Shown in pieces: positions 42,059 through 50,900 of a stretch of 64,000 nt of DNA (positions within the stretch are counted from its first letter, which is position 1; every line of letters starts with the position of its first letter). The translations under genes were made by a program, and so were the position numbers. Origin of the DNA: Blastocatellia bacterium NZW_1522 (GTDB lineage: Bacteria > Acidobacteriota > Blastocatellia > Chloracidobacteriales > Chloracidobacteriaceae); NCBI GenBank assembly GCA_039793685.1, contig JBDRAL010000032.1:46193-110192 (forward strand). Direction: 5' to 3'. Under the pieces are notes generated by a model. It saw only the letters and a program-made list of their open reading frames with translations, was not told the DNA's origin and ran no database searches.

Positions 42059-42655
42059 ATGCACGTCCAAATCCCGGTCACGCAAAATCTCATGGTCGAG
42101 ACAATCGATAAAACCTTTGACACCATCCTCCACCATCTGGACGCCCGGGCGGTCGGAGAGGGCGGTGAGGGCCATGGAATGACCGAGGCGGACACTTTCC
42201 GGACGCTCAACTTTTCCCTGATGCTGAGTATTTCCCACTACATCGAGGATCGGTTTGTGGAAAAACGGCTGACCGGAATGTTTTTGGCGTCGTTTCAGAA
42301 ACTGTCGTTCTTCGTCGAGCAGCAGGCCCGATACTTGAACCTTGCCAAAACCGGCTCAAAGGTTATGGTCTTTGCCGAACCCGATATTCCGCCCCCGGTG
42401 TCCGCCGAACGGCTGACCTTTTACCGCCCCGCCCATGAGGATCTCGGCAAATTCTGGATCGTCCTGAGTGACGACCCGGAATTCAGAATCGCCCTCGCGG
42501 CCCGCGAGACGACCCCGGTTCGGGTATCCGGTGGCGGCGAGGGCAGTCGAAAAAGAAGTTTCGAGGGATTCTGGACCTATCGCGACGAGTATATCGACGC
42601 GATTCGTGACAGTATCTGCGGTTTTTACGTCGATCGGGCGTTCGAAATTTCCTGA
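42059..42655 (+). CDS. Stand-alone DICT-like sensory domain protein (tentative)
   Basis: FLASFQKLSFFVEQQARYLNLAKTGSKVMVFAEPD and WIVLSDDPEFRIALAARE resemble the DICT domain pattern as recalled. Converges on the Ubl gene. Confidence 0.45.
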   Translation: MHVQIPVTQNLMVETIDKTFDTILHHLDARAVGEGGEGHGMTEADTFRTLNFSLMLSISHYIEDRFVEKRLTGMFLASFQKLSFFVEQQARYLNLAKTGSKVMVFAEPDIPPPVSAERLTFYRPAHEDLGKFWIVLSDDPEFRIALAARETTPVRVSGGGEGSRKRSFEGFWTYRDEYIDAIRDSICGFYVDRAFEIS

Positions 42656-42670
42656 GTCGGGACAGGGCGT

Positions 42671-42922
42671 TCAGTCCCGACCACCCCGCGTATTGAGGAA
42701 AATGCTGATCGTGTCGCCGGAAACGATCCCGGCCTGGGCCAGCGTCTGTGCCGGGCGAAGTTGAAGATTCCGGAAGACGAGGGTTGTCCCCGGAACATTC
42801 GGAATCAAACCGGCATCGGCCAGATTCCGCAAAATGGCATCCGAGGTCATGTCGTCGGAAACCGTGACTTCGACTTCTTTCCCGTTGTTCTCGTTGCGAA
42901 AAGTGATATCGATGTCGGACAT
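42671..42922 (-). CDS. Ubiquitin-like beta-grasp protein with C-terminal ...RGG-RD
   Basis: 83 aa. Pattern is beta-beta-alpha-beta-beta: DIDITFRN / KEVEVTVSD / SDAILRNLADAGLI / TLVFRN / DTISIFLN. Codons checked by hand: ...I F L N T R G G R D stop. Lies next to the E1 gene. Confidence 0.65.
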   Translation of the reverse strand: MSDIDITFRNENNGKEVEVTVSDDMTSDAILRNLADAGLIPNVPGTTLVFRNLQLRPAQTLAQAGIVSGDTISIFLNTRGGRD

Positions 42923-42989
42923 CGTTGGTTCGTGCCAGGCCTCTCGTAAGGATTGGGGTCGGCGAATGCCGTGACTTCAAGAAAAATGT

Positions 42990-43304
42990 TCAGGCCGTCG
43001 TGTGATTGCACCGTCGGCAGAAACCGCTACCGCCATCGAAGCAATCCGCCTGATGGCAGATCTCGCAGCGGGCGGCGCGTTGCTCGCGTCTCACCATGAA
43101 AAGACCGGGCGAGGTGGATGTGGGCAGGAGCGGATAACTTTCCTGATGAAGCTGTTGGTACCGCCGCCGGGGAAGGAGAAAGTAGTCATCCCGGCCTTCC
43201 TCCTTGTCGCGGCGCGCCCGGTGCAGGTCGTAAAACTCGGTCGCGAATGAAACCGCGACCACGAGCATGAAAAATCCTGCCCCGAGAATTCCCAAAGCTT
43301 CCAT
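42990..43304 (-). CDS. Small membrane-anchored Cys/His-rich protein
   Basis: 104 aa. N-terminal TM ALGILGAGFFMLVVAVSFA. C-terminal CEICHQADCFDGGSGFCRRCNH. Strong GGAGGA 6 nt before the ATG, immediately after the E1 stop. Confidence 0.6.
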   Translation of the reverse strand: MEALGILGAGFFMLVVAVSFATEFYDLHRARRDKEEGRDDYFLLPRRRYQQLHQESYPLLPTSTSPGLFMVRREQRAARCEICHQADCFDGGSGFCRRCNHTTA

Positions 43305-43322
43305 CGGTTTCCTCCGCGTCGT

Positions 43323-44591
43323 TCAGGAAGTGGGTGAAAGTTCCCAGTCCTTCGAAAAAACCCCGTTAATGTCGTTCGACAGCTCGCAGGCAAAACGGTT
43401 TCCACCAGTGTCCGCGATGGTCAATATCTGCAAAGGCGGAATCCCGAGGTCACACAATCGTTTGGCGGCGATTTCATTTGAAACCGGTTCGCCGCCGAAG
43501 TTCCCCCGTGAAAATCCGGTGACGGCCTCAACGTAATCCGAACCGGCCACTTCCGGCAATCCTTCGCTGCCGTCGGGCCGCTGGTGACACTGCCCGCAAT
43601 TCAGTTCGTCATCGAAAATCCGGTGCGCGGGACGATCGAACGCAATCCAGTTTCCGCAATTTCGGCACCGGATGCGCCGGATGAAACGTGACCCAAGTTC
43701 CACCCGGACACCTTTTCCGAAACGACGTTCCAGTGTGTCGAGCAGTTCGCCGACCGTTGTTTCCCGCGCCGAGCAATCCAGTTCGACGATGTCCTCGAAT
43801 CGGCCGTGGGCAAGGCAGTGATCATCGGGGGGCAGGGTAATCCGGTGAAATCCATGAGTTGCGCCATTGTAGGCAAGCCGCACGCCGTACGCCACGGCCT
43901 CCCCGTGCAAAATTTTGACCGCCTCCTGCGCCTGAAGCGCCGAAACCAGCGCCGACGTGACCTGGACGGTTGGCATTCGCTCCTCCGCCACATACCGTTT
44001 TTTGACCTGTTCGCACGAATCGTACCGCGACTGGGCATCGGCGATCTGGTCCGCCGTCACCGTGCATTCGAAACAGGCCCCGGTATCGCCGTAGGTCGTG
44101 ACGCTTCCCGAGAGTTCGAAAATTCCGCCGTTGATCCAGGGTTTTCCGACCGACCGGGCCGCCCGGTTCATCGAAAGGCGGGCTTCGTCGTTGTCCACGC
44201 AGCCGAGAATCACGTCCATCCGGCGGTAAATGCCGAGGCCGAGTTCCCAGACGATATCGGCGTCGAGCGCGGTCACGACCGACGTCGTTTCAAGGGCCAT
44301 TTCGGTCGCGCGGGCGGCGGCGACCGAGGCTTTGCGCTTTCCGATGTCTTCCGGACGAAACAGGACCGTCCGGCTCAGGTTGGAAATCGAAATCGTGTCG
44401 AAATCGACCACCAGAATCCGCCCGACGCCGAGCAGGACGAGATTCTTTAAAACTTCATTGCCCAGCGCGCCCGCGCCGATGACCATCACGCGGGCGTTCC
44501 GAAGAACATCCTGTCGCCACCAGCCGATACGCGCCTGCCGGTCGAACGGCGTTTCGACGGCTTCGGCTTTCTCCCTGAATTCAAAAGACAT
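43323..44591 (-). CDS. E1-like ThiF/MoeB-superfamily adenylyltransferase with about 160-aa C-terminal extension
   Basis: VMVIGAGALGNEVLKNLVLLGVGRILVVDFDTISISNLSR (nucleotide site). CFEC at 173-176. Candidate catalytic Cys193 (YDSCEQ). Extra CRNC...CGQC pairs. Tail is RLCDLGIPPLQILTIADTGG. Confidence 0.8.
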   Translation of the reverse strand: MSFEFREKAEAVETPFDRQARIGWWRQDVLRNARVMVIGAGALGNEVLKNLVLLGVGRILVVDFDTISISNLSRTVLFRPEDIGKRKASVAAARATEMALETTSVVTALDADIVWELGLGIYRRMDVILGCVDNDEARLSMNRAARSVGKPWINGGIFELSGSVTTYGDTGACFECTVTADQIADAQSRYDSCEQVKKRYVAEERMPTVQVTSALVSALQAQEAVKILHGEAVAYGVRLAYNGATHGFHRITLPPDDHCLAHGRFEDIVELDCSARETTVGELLDTLERRFGKGVRVELGSRFIRRIRCRNCGNWIAFDRPAHRIFDDELNCGQCHQRPDGSEGLPEVAGSDYVEAVTGFSRGNFGGEPVSNEIAAKRLCDLGIPPLQILTIADTGGNRFACELSNDINGVFSKDWELSPTS

Positions 44592-44610
44592 AGCGGTTCG
44601 AATACGGAGG

Positions 44611-45417
44611 TTACTTGTTCTGAACCGTCATCTGACGGGTCGGGGCGGGGAAACCGGCTTCGCCGAAGGTTTCCTTGATGAGTTTGTTGGTGTCGAAAAA
44701 CACCTGCCAGTAATGATCATTGTGGCAGAAGGGCCGCACCGCCAGCACCGGCCCGAATTCCGTGAAATTCAGGATTTCCACCACCGGCGCGGGCGTGCCC
44801 ACGACGTTCGGGACCCGCTTCAGGGCTTCCTTTAAAAGCTGGATGGCGTGGTTGTGGTCCACCGCGCCGCTGATCTGGGCCACCAGGTCCACCCGACGGA
44901 AGGGATTGGCTGAAAAATTCTGGATGTTGTCCGAAAAAATCTTGTTGTTTCCGACGAAGGTCCGGATGTTGTCGGCGGTGTTGAGCGTCGTGGCGAACAG
45001 CCCGATTTCCTCGACCACCCCGGTCACGCCGCCCGCGCTGATCATGTCTCCGACTTTGAAGGGCCGCAAGAACAAGAGAAAGATTCCGGCGGCGAAGTTG
45101 GCGAGCAGGCCGCTCCACGCCGTCCCGATGGCGAACCCGGCGGCGGCGAGCAGCGCGGCGAAGGTTGTCGTCTGGACCCCGAAGTATCCGAGCAGCGCGA
45201 CGATGAGCGAAATGTTCAACAGTACCGAAACGGCCGACGACAGATAATTGGCCACTGTCGGATCGACCGTCTTCTTGGAAAGCGCGCGGTGGATGATTTT
45301 GGCGGCGAACTTGATGAGCATGCGCCCGACGAGCCACAAGACGATGGCGCCGAGCAGTTTCAGGCCGAAGGAGATGCCGACGGCGAGCAGTTGCTGTCCG
45401 AGTTTCGCGAAATCCAT
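44611..45417 (-). CDS. mscS: Small-conductance mechanosensitive channel (MscS family)
   Basis: Three TM helices, then FKVGDMISAGGVTGVVEEIGLFATTLNTADNIRTFVGNNKIF. ATG 45417 has GGAG 10 nt upstream. The track start 45555 adds 46 aa. Confidence 0.85.
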   Translation of the reverse strand: MDFAKLGQQLLAVGISFGLKLLGAIVLWLVGRMLIKFAAKIIHRALSKKTVDPTVANYLSSAVSVLLNISLIVALLGYFGVQTTTFAALLAAAGFAIGTAWSGLLANFAAGIFLLFLRPFKVGDMISAGGVTGVVEEIGLFATTLNTADNIRTFVGNNKIFSDNIQNFSANPFRRVDLVAQISGAVDHNHAIQLLKEALKRVPNVVGTPAPVVEILNFTEFGPVLAVRPFCHNDHYWQVFFDTNKLIKETFGEAGFPAPTRQMTVQNK

Positions 45418-45461
45418 TGAAAGGTTCTCCTGAATGAACGCCGGGCGCGAAAAGCGCCGTT

Positions 45462-46760
45462 GTGGCGATTCGAAAGGTACGACAACGCTTGCGGAACGGG
45501 TGGATGCCCGGCAATGTAAGATGCCTTCGCAACCGGCTGTCAAGCGCGGCGTCAAATCCGGGTTGGGCGACGGTGGACAAATTCTTCGTTTCGGAGTTTG
45601 AAGTGGAAAAAATCCGCAAACCCTTTCGGCCCCGGCGGCTGGCGGTCATCGGCATCACCCTCGCGATTCTCGTCGCCGTCGCCTGCGGCCCGACGCTCAA
45701 CCACGTCCGGGCGACGGTTCTTTTAATGCGTTTCGGCGGCATGGCGGTTCAGGACGTGCCCGCCGTGTTCGGAAACCGGCCCCTCAAGCGGGAAGAAGTG
45801 TCGTTTGACGGCCCCGAAGGTCCGGTGAAGGCAAGAATTTACTGGCCGGAAGGCGTTTCCGACCCGCCGGGCGTGGTGATGCTCCACGGTATTCACAAGG
45901 ACGGCTACACCGAACCCCGCATGGTCGCCTTCGCCGAGGCAGTTGCGGGCGCGGGCATCGCCGTGATGACGCCGACCATTCAGGAACTGGCGGATTACCG
46001 CGTTGACGCCGCCTCGGTCGCGACCATCGGATCGGCCGCGAAGTACTTCCGGAAAAAACTCAACAATCGCCGCGTCGGGCTGATGGGCATGTGTTTCGGC
46101 GGCGGTTTGTGCCTGATGACCGCCGGAAATCCGAAATTCTCCGACGATGTGGGATTTGTCACTGCCATCGGTTCGCACGACGATCTGGCGCGCATCGCCC
46201 GGTTTTTCGTCACGAATGAAATCGAACGACCCGATGGTTCAAAGTTGAAGCTCAACGCCGACCCGTACGGCCCGATGGTCATCGTCTACTCGCGGGTGAA
46301 CGACTTTTTCACCCCCGCCGACGCGCCGGTCGCGCGCGACGCGCTCCGTTTGTGGCTGTGGGGCGAGTTCGACAACGCGCGCAAAATGGCCGAAAAGCTC
46401 TCGCCGGAAGGAAAAAGCCGTATCGGAATCATTTTCGACGGCAAGTATCCGCAACTCGCGCCCGAAATGTTGAAGGTCATCGAGCAAAAGTCGAAGGAGA
46501 TGGCCGCCGTGTCGCCGGACGGTTTTTTAAAAGATGTCAAAGTGCCGGTTTTTCTGCTCCACGGGGCGCACGACAACGTCGTTCCGCCCTCCGAATCGCT
46601 CTGGCTGGAACGCGGGTTAAAAGCGAACGGGAAGGTACACACGCTGGTCAGCCCGGCGGTCGGCCACGTCGAAATGGCCGCCGACACGACGGTTGGCGAC
46701 AAATGGGAGGTGATTCACTTCCTCGCGCAAATCGTGGACACGGCCAAAGGCGCGAAGTGA
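45462..46760 (+). CDS. Membrane-anchored dienelactone-hydrolase-family alpha/beta hydrolase
   Basis: TM LAVIGITLAILVAVACG. Nucleophile elbow GMCFGG. LLHGAHDNVVP. GHVEM. Start uncertain: GTG 45462, ATG 45504 or GTG 45573. Confidence 0.7.
   Translation: MAIRKVRQRLRNGWMPGNVRCLRNRLSSAASNPGWATVDKFFVSEFEVEKIRKPFRPRRLAVIGITLAILVAVACGPTLNHVRATVLLMRFGGMAVQDVPAVFGNRPLKREEVSFDGPEGPVKARIYWPEGVSDPPGVVMLHGIHKDGYTEPRMVAFAEAVAGAGIAVMTPTIQELADYRVDAASVATIGSAAKYFRKKLNNRRVGLMGMCFGGGLCLMTAGNPKFSDDVGFVTAIGSHDDLARIARFFVTNEIERPDGSKLKLNADPYGPMVIVYSRVNDFFTPADAPVARDALRLWLWGEFDNARKMAEKLSPEGKSRIGIIFDGKYPQLAPEMLKVIEQKSKEMAAVSPDGFLKDVKVPVFLLHGAHDNVVPPSESLWLERGLKANGKVHTLVSPAVGHVEMAADTTVGDKWEVIHFLAQIVDTAKGAK
45514..45543 (-). 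promoter_or_regulatory. Candidate promoter for the mscS-E1-Ubl operon
   Basis: Minus strand: TTGACA (45543-45538), 18-nt spacer, TTACAT (45519-45514). Confidence 0.3.
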
Positions 46761-46801
46761 TATGCTCGCGCCGCTTTCCTCGCAAAAATCACTCTTGAAC
46801 T

Positions 46802-46829
46802 GACCGGACCGAGTGAAAACGGTCCGGTC
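46802..46829 (+). other. Perfect 10-bp stem-loop 14 nt upstream of the ATE/Bpt-like start
   Basis: GACCGGACCG (46802-46811), 8-nt loop, CGGTCCGGTC (46820-46829). No U-tract. Confidence 0.4.
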
Positions 46830-46843
46830 GCGCGCGTCCGAAC

Positions 46844-47503
46844 ATGTCGCAGGGACAGTATTTCGAAGCCGATCACGTCACGCCGGAACAACTCGATACG
46901 CTCTGGGCGTTCGGCTGGCGTCATTTCGGCACCTATTTTTTTCGCTACTGGAGCAACTACACGCCGAAGGGGCTGTGCCACGTCATGCCTCTGCGTCTCA
47001 ATCTGTCGAGTTTTCAACCGTCCGACAGTCATCGGCGCATCTCAAGGAAAAACAAAGACTTACGGGTAGTAATCCGGGAAACCGACATTTCCGACGAAAT
47101 CGAGGCACTGTTTTTCCGTCACCGGCAGCGATTCACCCACAACGTTCCGGAGTCCATCCACACCTTCCTGTCGTTCTACCCGGCAACGATTCCCTGTGAA
47201 AACCGCGAGGTGGCGGTCTATGACGGCGACCGGCTGGTAGCCGTCAGTTTTCTCGACCTCGGCCACAAGGCCACGTCGAGCGTCTACGGCGTGTTCGACC
47301 CCGATTACTCGAAACGCAGCCTCGGGATTTTCACGATGCTTGAGGAAATCCGTTTCAGCCAGGAACGCGGCGGGACGTACTACTACCCCGGCTACGCCTA
47401 CCACGAACCCTCCCACTACGACTACAAAAAGCGCTTTCGCGGTCTGGAATACTTCGACTGGGAAGGCGGCTGGAATCCACTGACGGACGAAGGAAAATCG
47501 TAA
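46844..47503 (+). CDS. Arginyl/leucyl-tRNA--protein transferase family protein (ATE/Bpt-like)
   Basis: LDTLWAFGWRHFGTYFFRY, FQPSDSHRRISRKNKDL, SSVYGVFDPDYSKRSLGIFTMLEEIRFSQERGGTYYYPGYAYHEPSHYDYKKRFRGLEYFDW. Confidence 0.65.
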   Translation: MSQGQYFEADHVTPEQLDTLWAFGWRHFGTYFFRYWSNYTPKGLCHVMPLRLNLSSFQPSDSHRRISRKNKDLRVVIRETDISDEIEALFFRHRQRFTHNVPESIHTFLSFYPATIPCENREVAVYDGDRLVAVSFLDLGHKATSSVYGVFDPDYSKRSLGIFTMLEEIRFSQERGGTYYYPGYAYHEPSHYDYKKRFRGLEYFDWEGGWNPLTDEGKS

Positions 47504-47675
47504 CTTTCGGATTTACAGTGATTTCATGTGATTTCCGGAAAAGTCGCGTTGACACTGCTTCCGTTATTGTTTACATGTTGTCCATTATTATGACGGTCTA
47601 ATGAAACGGCCGTACGTGGCGATTTACGGTGACTTGCTCCACGTCAACAACTGCTAAAGAACCGCCGGGCACTCC

Positions 47676-47709
47676 CCGCGGTTGAAAACAACGCGGTTTT
47701 TCCTTTTTC
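47676..47709 (+). terminator. Rho-independent terminator in the bpt-TBDR spacer
   Basis: CCGCGGTTG (47676-47684), AAAA loop, CAACGCGG (47689-47696), then TTTTTCCTTTTTC. Confidence 0.55.
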
Positions 47710-47901
47710 GGAGTCCGGCAATGAATCTTCCGCAGCCCCTTTCCCCTGACTTCATCAAACGTGAACTCCGTAATTTCGCCGATCCCGGTCCGCGGATCGG
47801 GATCGAATACGAGTGTTGTTGTCGAATGCGTGCCCGGTTCTGACCGTCCCGCGCGGACGACAACCTTTTATCCGCTTTCCTGAAATTTTCGGAGGTTCAA
47901 C

Positions 47902-50900
47902 ATGCTCGCATCGTTCGGGCGGCGTTTCGGCGCCGTTCTTGTCCAGAGTGTTGTCTTTTTCCTGTTTTCCATCGCCGTTTTGGCGCAATCCGACGTTGAA
48001 ACCGCGACCTTGCGCGGGACCGTGACCGACCCGAACGGCGCGGTGGTGTCCGGCGCGGTCGTTTCCGCGAAAAATCTCGCGCGCGGGACGGTCCGCGAAG
48101 TCAAAACCGACGAACAGGGGGCGTTCAACCTGCCGTTTCTGCCGCCTGGCCGGTATGAACTCAAAATCACCGCCCCCGGATTCGCCGACCGGACGGTTCC
48201 CGACGTGGAACTGACCGTCGGCCTGATTGCGGAGCGAAAAATCGCGCTCGGCGTGGGCGAAGTCGATTCGGCGGTGGTGGACGTACTGGCCGACGCGCCA
48301 TCCATCGAGGTTTCCCGCACGCAGCAGTCCAACACGATCAACCGGCGGCAAATCGAGAATCTGCCGAATCTGGGGCGAAGTTTTACGTCCTACATTTTTA
48401 CCCTGCCCGGCGTGACTGATTCCAACGCCCCGCGCGCGCAGTTCGTGGGATTTGACGGTGCGTTCACGACCTCCGGCTTTTCAATTGGGGGAAGCAACGG
48501 GCGCAGCAACCTCGTGACCATCGACGGAGGGGAAAACGACGTGGGCTACGGCCAGCTTCGCATCCGCAACCTCAGCCCGGAGGCGGTCCAGGAATTTCAG
48601 GTCAACCGCAGTTCCTTCGCGGCGGAATTCGGTTTTACTTCCGGTTCGGCAGTCAACGTCGTCACCCGGAGCGGAACGAACGATTTTCACGGCAACGTCT
48701 ACGGCTTTTATCGTTCCCAGAAAACCAGCGCGCGCAACTACTTCAATTCGACCGCGAAAAAGCCCTTCGACCAGCGGATTTCGCCCGGTTTCACCTTCGG
48801 CGGGCCGATTTTCAAAAACAAGCTCTTTTTCTTTACCTCGTACGAAGCCCTGAAAGCCGATTCGGCGCGGTTTCGCAGTTACACGGGAAATACCGCCGCG
48901 TTCATCCCGACCGACGCGCAAAGTTCATATCTCGCCCGGCTCGACGGGGCCGCCGACCCGAACATCCGGCGCATCGGGGCCAGTCTCCGCGCGGCGCTGA
49001 CGACGGCGAATTACCCGACGACGCTGGCCTTGCTGCGGAGCGCGGAAGGGACGTTCAACGCCCCGACCCGGACGCACAATTCCACCACCCGGCTCGACTG
49101 GCAGATTTCCCCGAACGATTCGCTGACGGTACGGTTTTCTTTCGATCGAACCGAGGAAGATCAACTCGCCGGAAACAACGACCAGGCCCCGAGCGCGGCG
49201 ACGAAGCTGAACGTCTCCGACAACACGGTTCTGGGAACCTGGACGCACATTTTCGGACCGTCGCTCGTGAATCAGGTTCGCGTACAGGTCGCGCCGGGCT
49301 TTTTCGCCCGCACCGACAGCCGCGCGCCCGGCAGCACGGCGATCAACATCGTCGGCATCGCCACCTTCGGGCGAAACACCGCCACGCCGCTCAACATCGA
49401 AGCCGACCGCTACCAGTTCGAAGACATCGTGACGCTCAACCGGGGCGCGCACACGTTGAAATTCGGGGTCAGCTTTCGGCCCGTGAAGTACAACCTCGTC
49501 AATGAAATCTTTTTCGGCGGGTTGTGGACGTTCCCGTCCGGCGCGTTGCCGGTGTCGAACGCCGTCCCGACGGGTGACCGCGCGGCGCTGGCGGCGTTCA
49601 ACGCGGCCAACGGCCTTCCAGCGAACGGACCGGCGGCGGCGAACCTGAGTTCCATTCAGGGGTTCAACCTCGGACTGCCGACGCAATGGCAGCAGGGCTT
49701 CAACAATGCCGGTTTGAACACGCAGGTGAATCTTTTTGCGGCCTTCGCGCAGGATTCCTTCCGTCCGTTTCAGCGGCTGACGGTGGACGCGGGCGTCCGG
49801 CTCGACTACGACGGCCAGCCCGACCCGATTGGCGGTCATCTCTATGTTTCGCCCCGGCTCGGATTCGCGTGGGACGTGACCGGCGACCAGAAAACCGTCG
49901 TGCGCGGCGGGGGCGGCATCTTCATTTCGCCGATTTTCCTGATGATTCCGCTGCGCGGCATTCTTCAGGACGACTCGGGGCGCAACATCAACCAGTTGAT
50001 CACGACCACGGCGGACGGCGCGCGCGGCCCGGCGGCGCTCTGGGCCTACGGATTGAATCTCGGCCAGTTGCCGTTTACCTCGCTGTCGCAGGCGCAGGTG
50101 AACGCCTTCGGGCTGTCCACCGGGCCGGGTTCGCAAAACCGCCGAATCAATGAAATCAGCAAGGACTATCGCAACGGCTATTCGGTGCAGGCGAGTCTCG
50201 GAATTTCCCGGCAGATTGCCCGCGATCTGGTGGTCGAGGCGAACTACACGATGTATCGCGGCATTCATCTTCAGGTGTCGCACAACGTGAACTACCGCGA
50301 AACCGGGGAGGTGGACCCGATTTTCGGGCCGCGACTGGCGCGCATCGACCCGACGATTTCCCAGAAGAACCTCTACAGTTCAATCGGCAATTCGATTTAC
50401 CACGGACTTTCGCTGACGGCGGCGAAGCGGTTCAGTCGTAACTTTCAAATCGACGTGAATTACACCTGGAGCAAGTCGATTGACGACGTGACGGACTTCA
50501 ACGCGCTGTTTTTCGCCTACCTGCCGACCCGGCTGAACCTCGAACGCTCGGTTTCAACCTTCGACATTTCACACAACCTCGTCGCGAGCGCGGTCGTGAA
50601 GACGCCGTGGCACGCCGGACAGGGGAAAAACGTACTGACGCGGATTTTTTCCGATGTAACGGTGAGTCCGATTGTGACCATCCGGAGCGGCGTGCCGTTC
50701 ACCGGTCGGGCCGGACGCGACGTCAACGGCGACACGGCGGCGAATTACGACCGGCCCTTCGCCGAAGGGCGCAACACCGGGCGCGGGGCGAGTTTCGCAA
50801 CCGTCAACCTGCGGATTGAAAAGCAGTTTTACCTGCGGCGGGACGGTCGGCTGCGGATTGACGCCATCGCGGAAGCCTCGAACCTGTTCAACCGGACGAA

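Noticed and set aside
42059-45417. E2 (UBC-like HPN motif), JAB/MPN (JAMM H-x-H...S...D) or rhodanese domains hidden in or around the Ubl operon
   Set aside because: No such motifs were seen in any of the six frames listed for this region. Overlapping ORFs (for example 43091..43405 -, 43601..44038 -, 43806..44450 +) look like shadow frames.
45417-45620. Divergent strand switch (40 kb of minus-strand genes meeting plus-strand genes) as a replication origin
   Set aside because: There are only two weak DnaA-box-like 9-mers (6-7/9 matches), no AT-rich unwinding element, and no dnaA/dnaN nearby. Orientation flips back at 58.3 kb.
47503-47902. Cobalamin or other known riboswitch upstream of the TonB-dependent receptor
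   Set aside because: I could not find a B12-box or another recognisable riboswitch core by eye. It is kept only as a generic attenuator/sRNA candidate.
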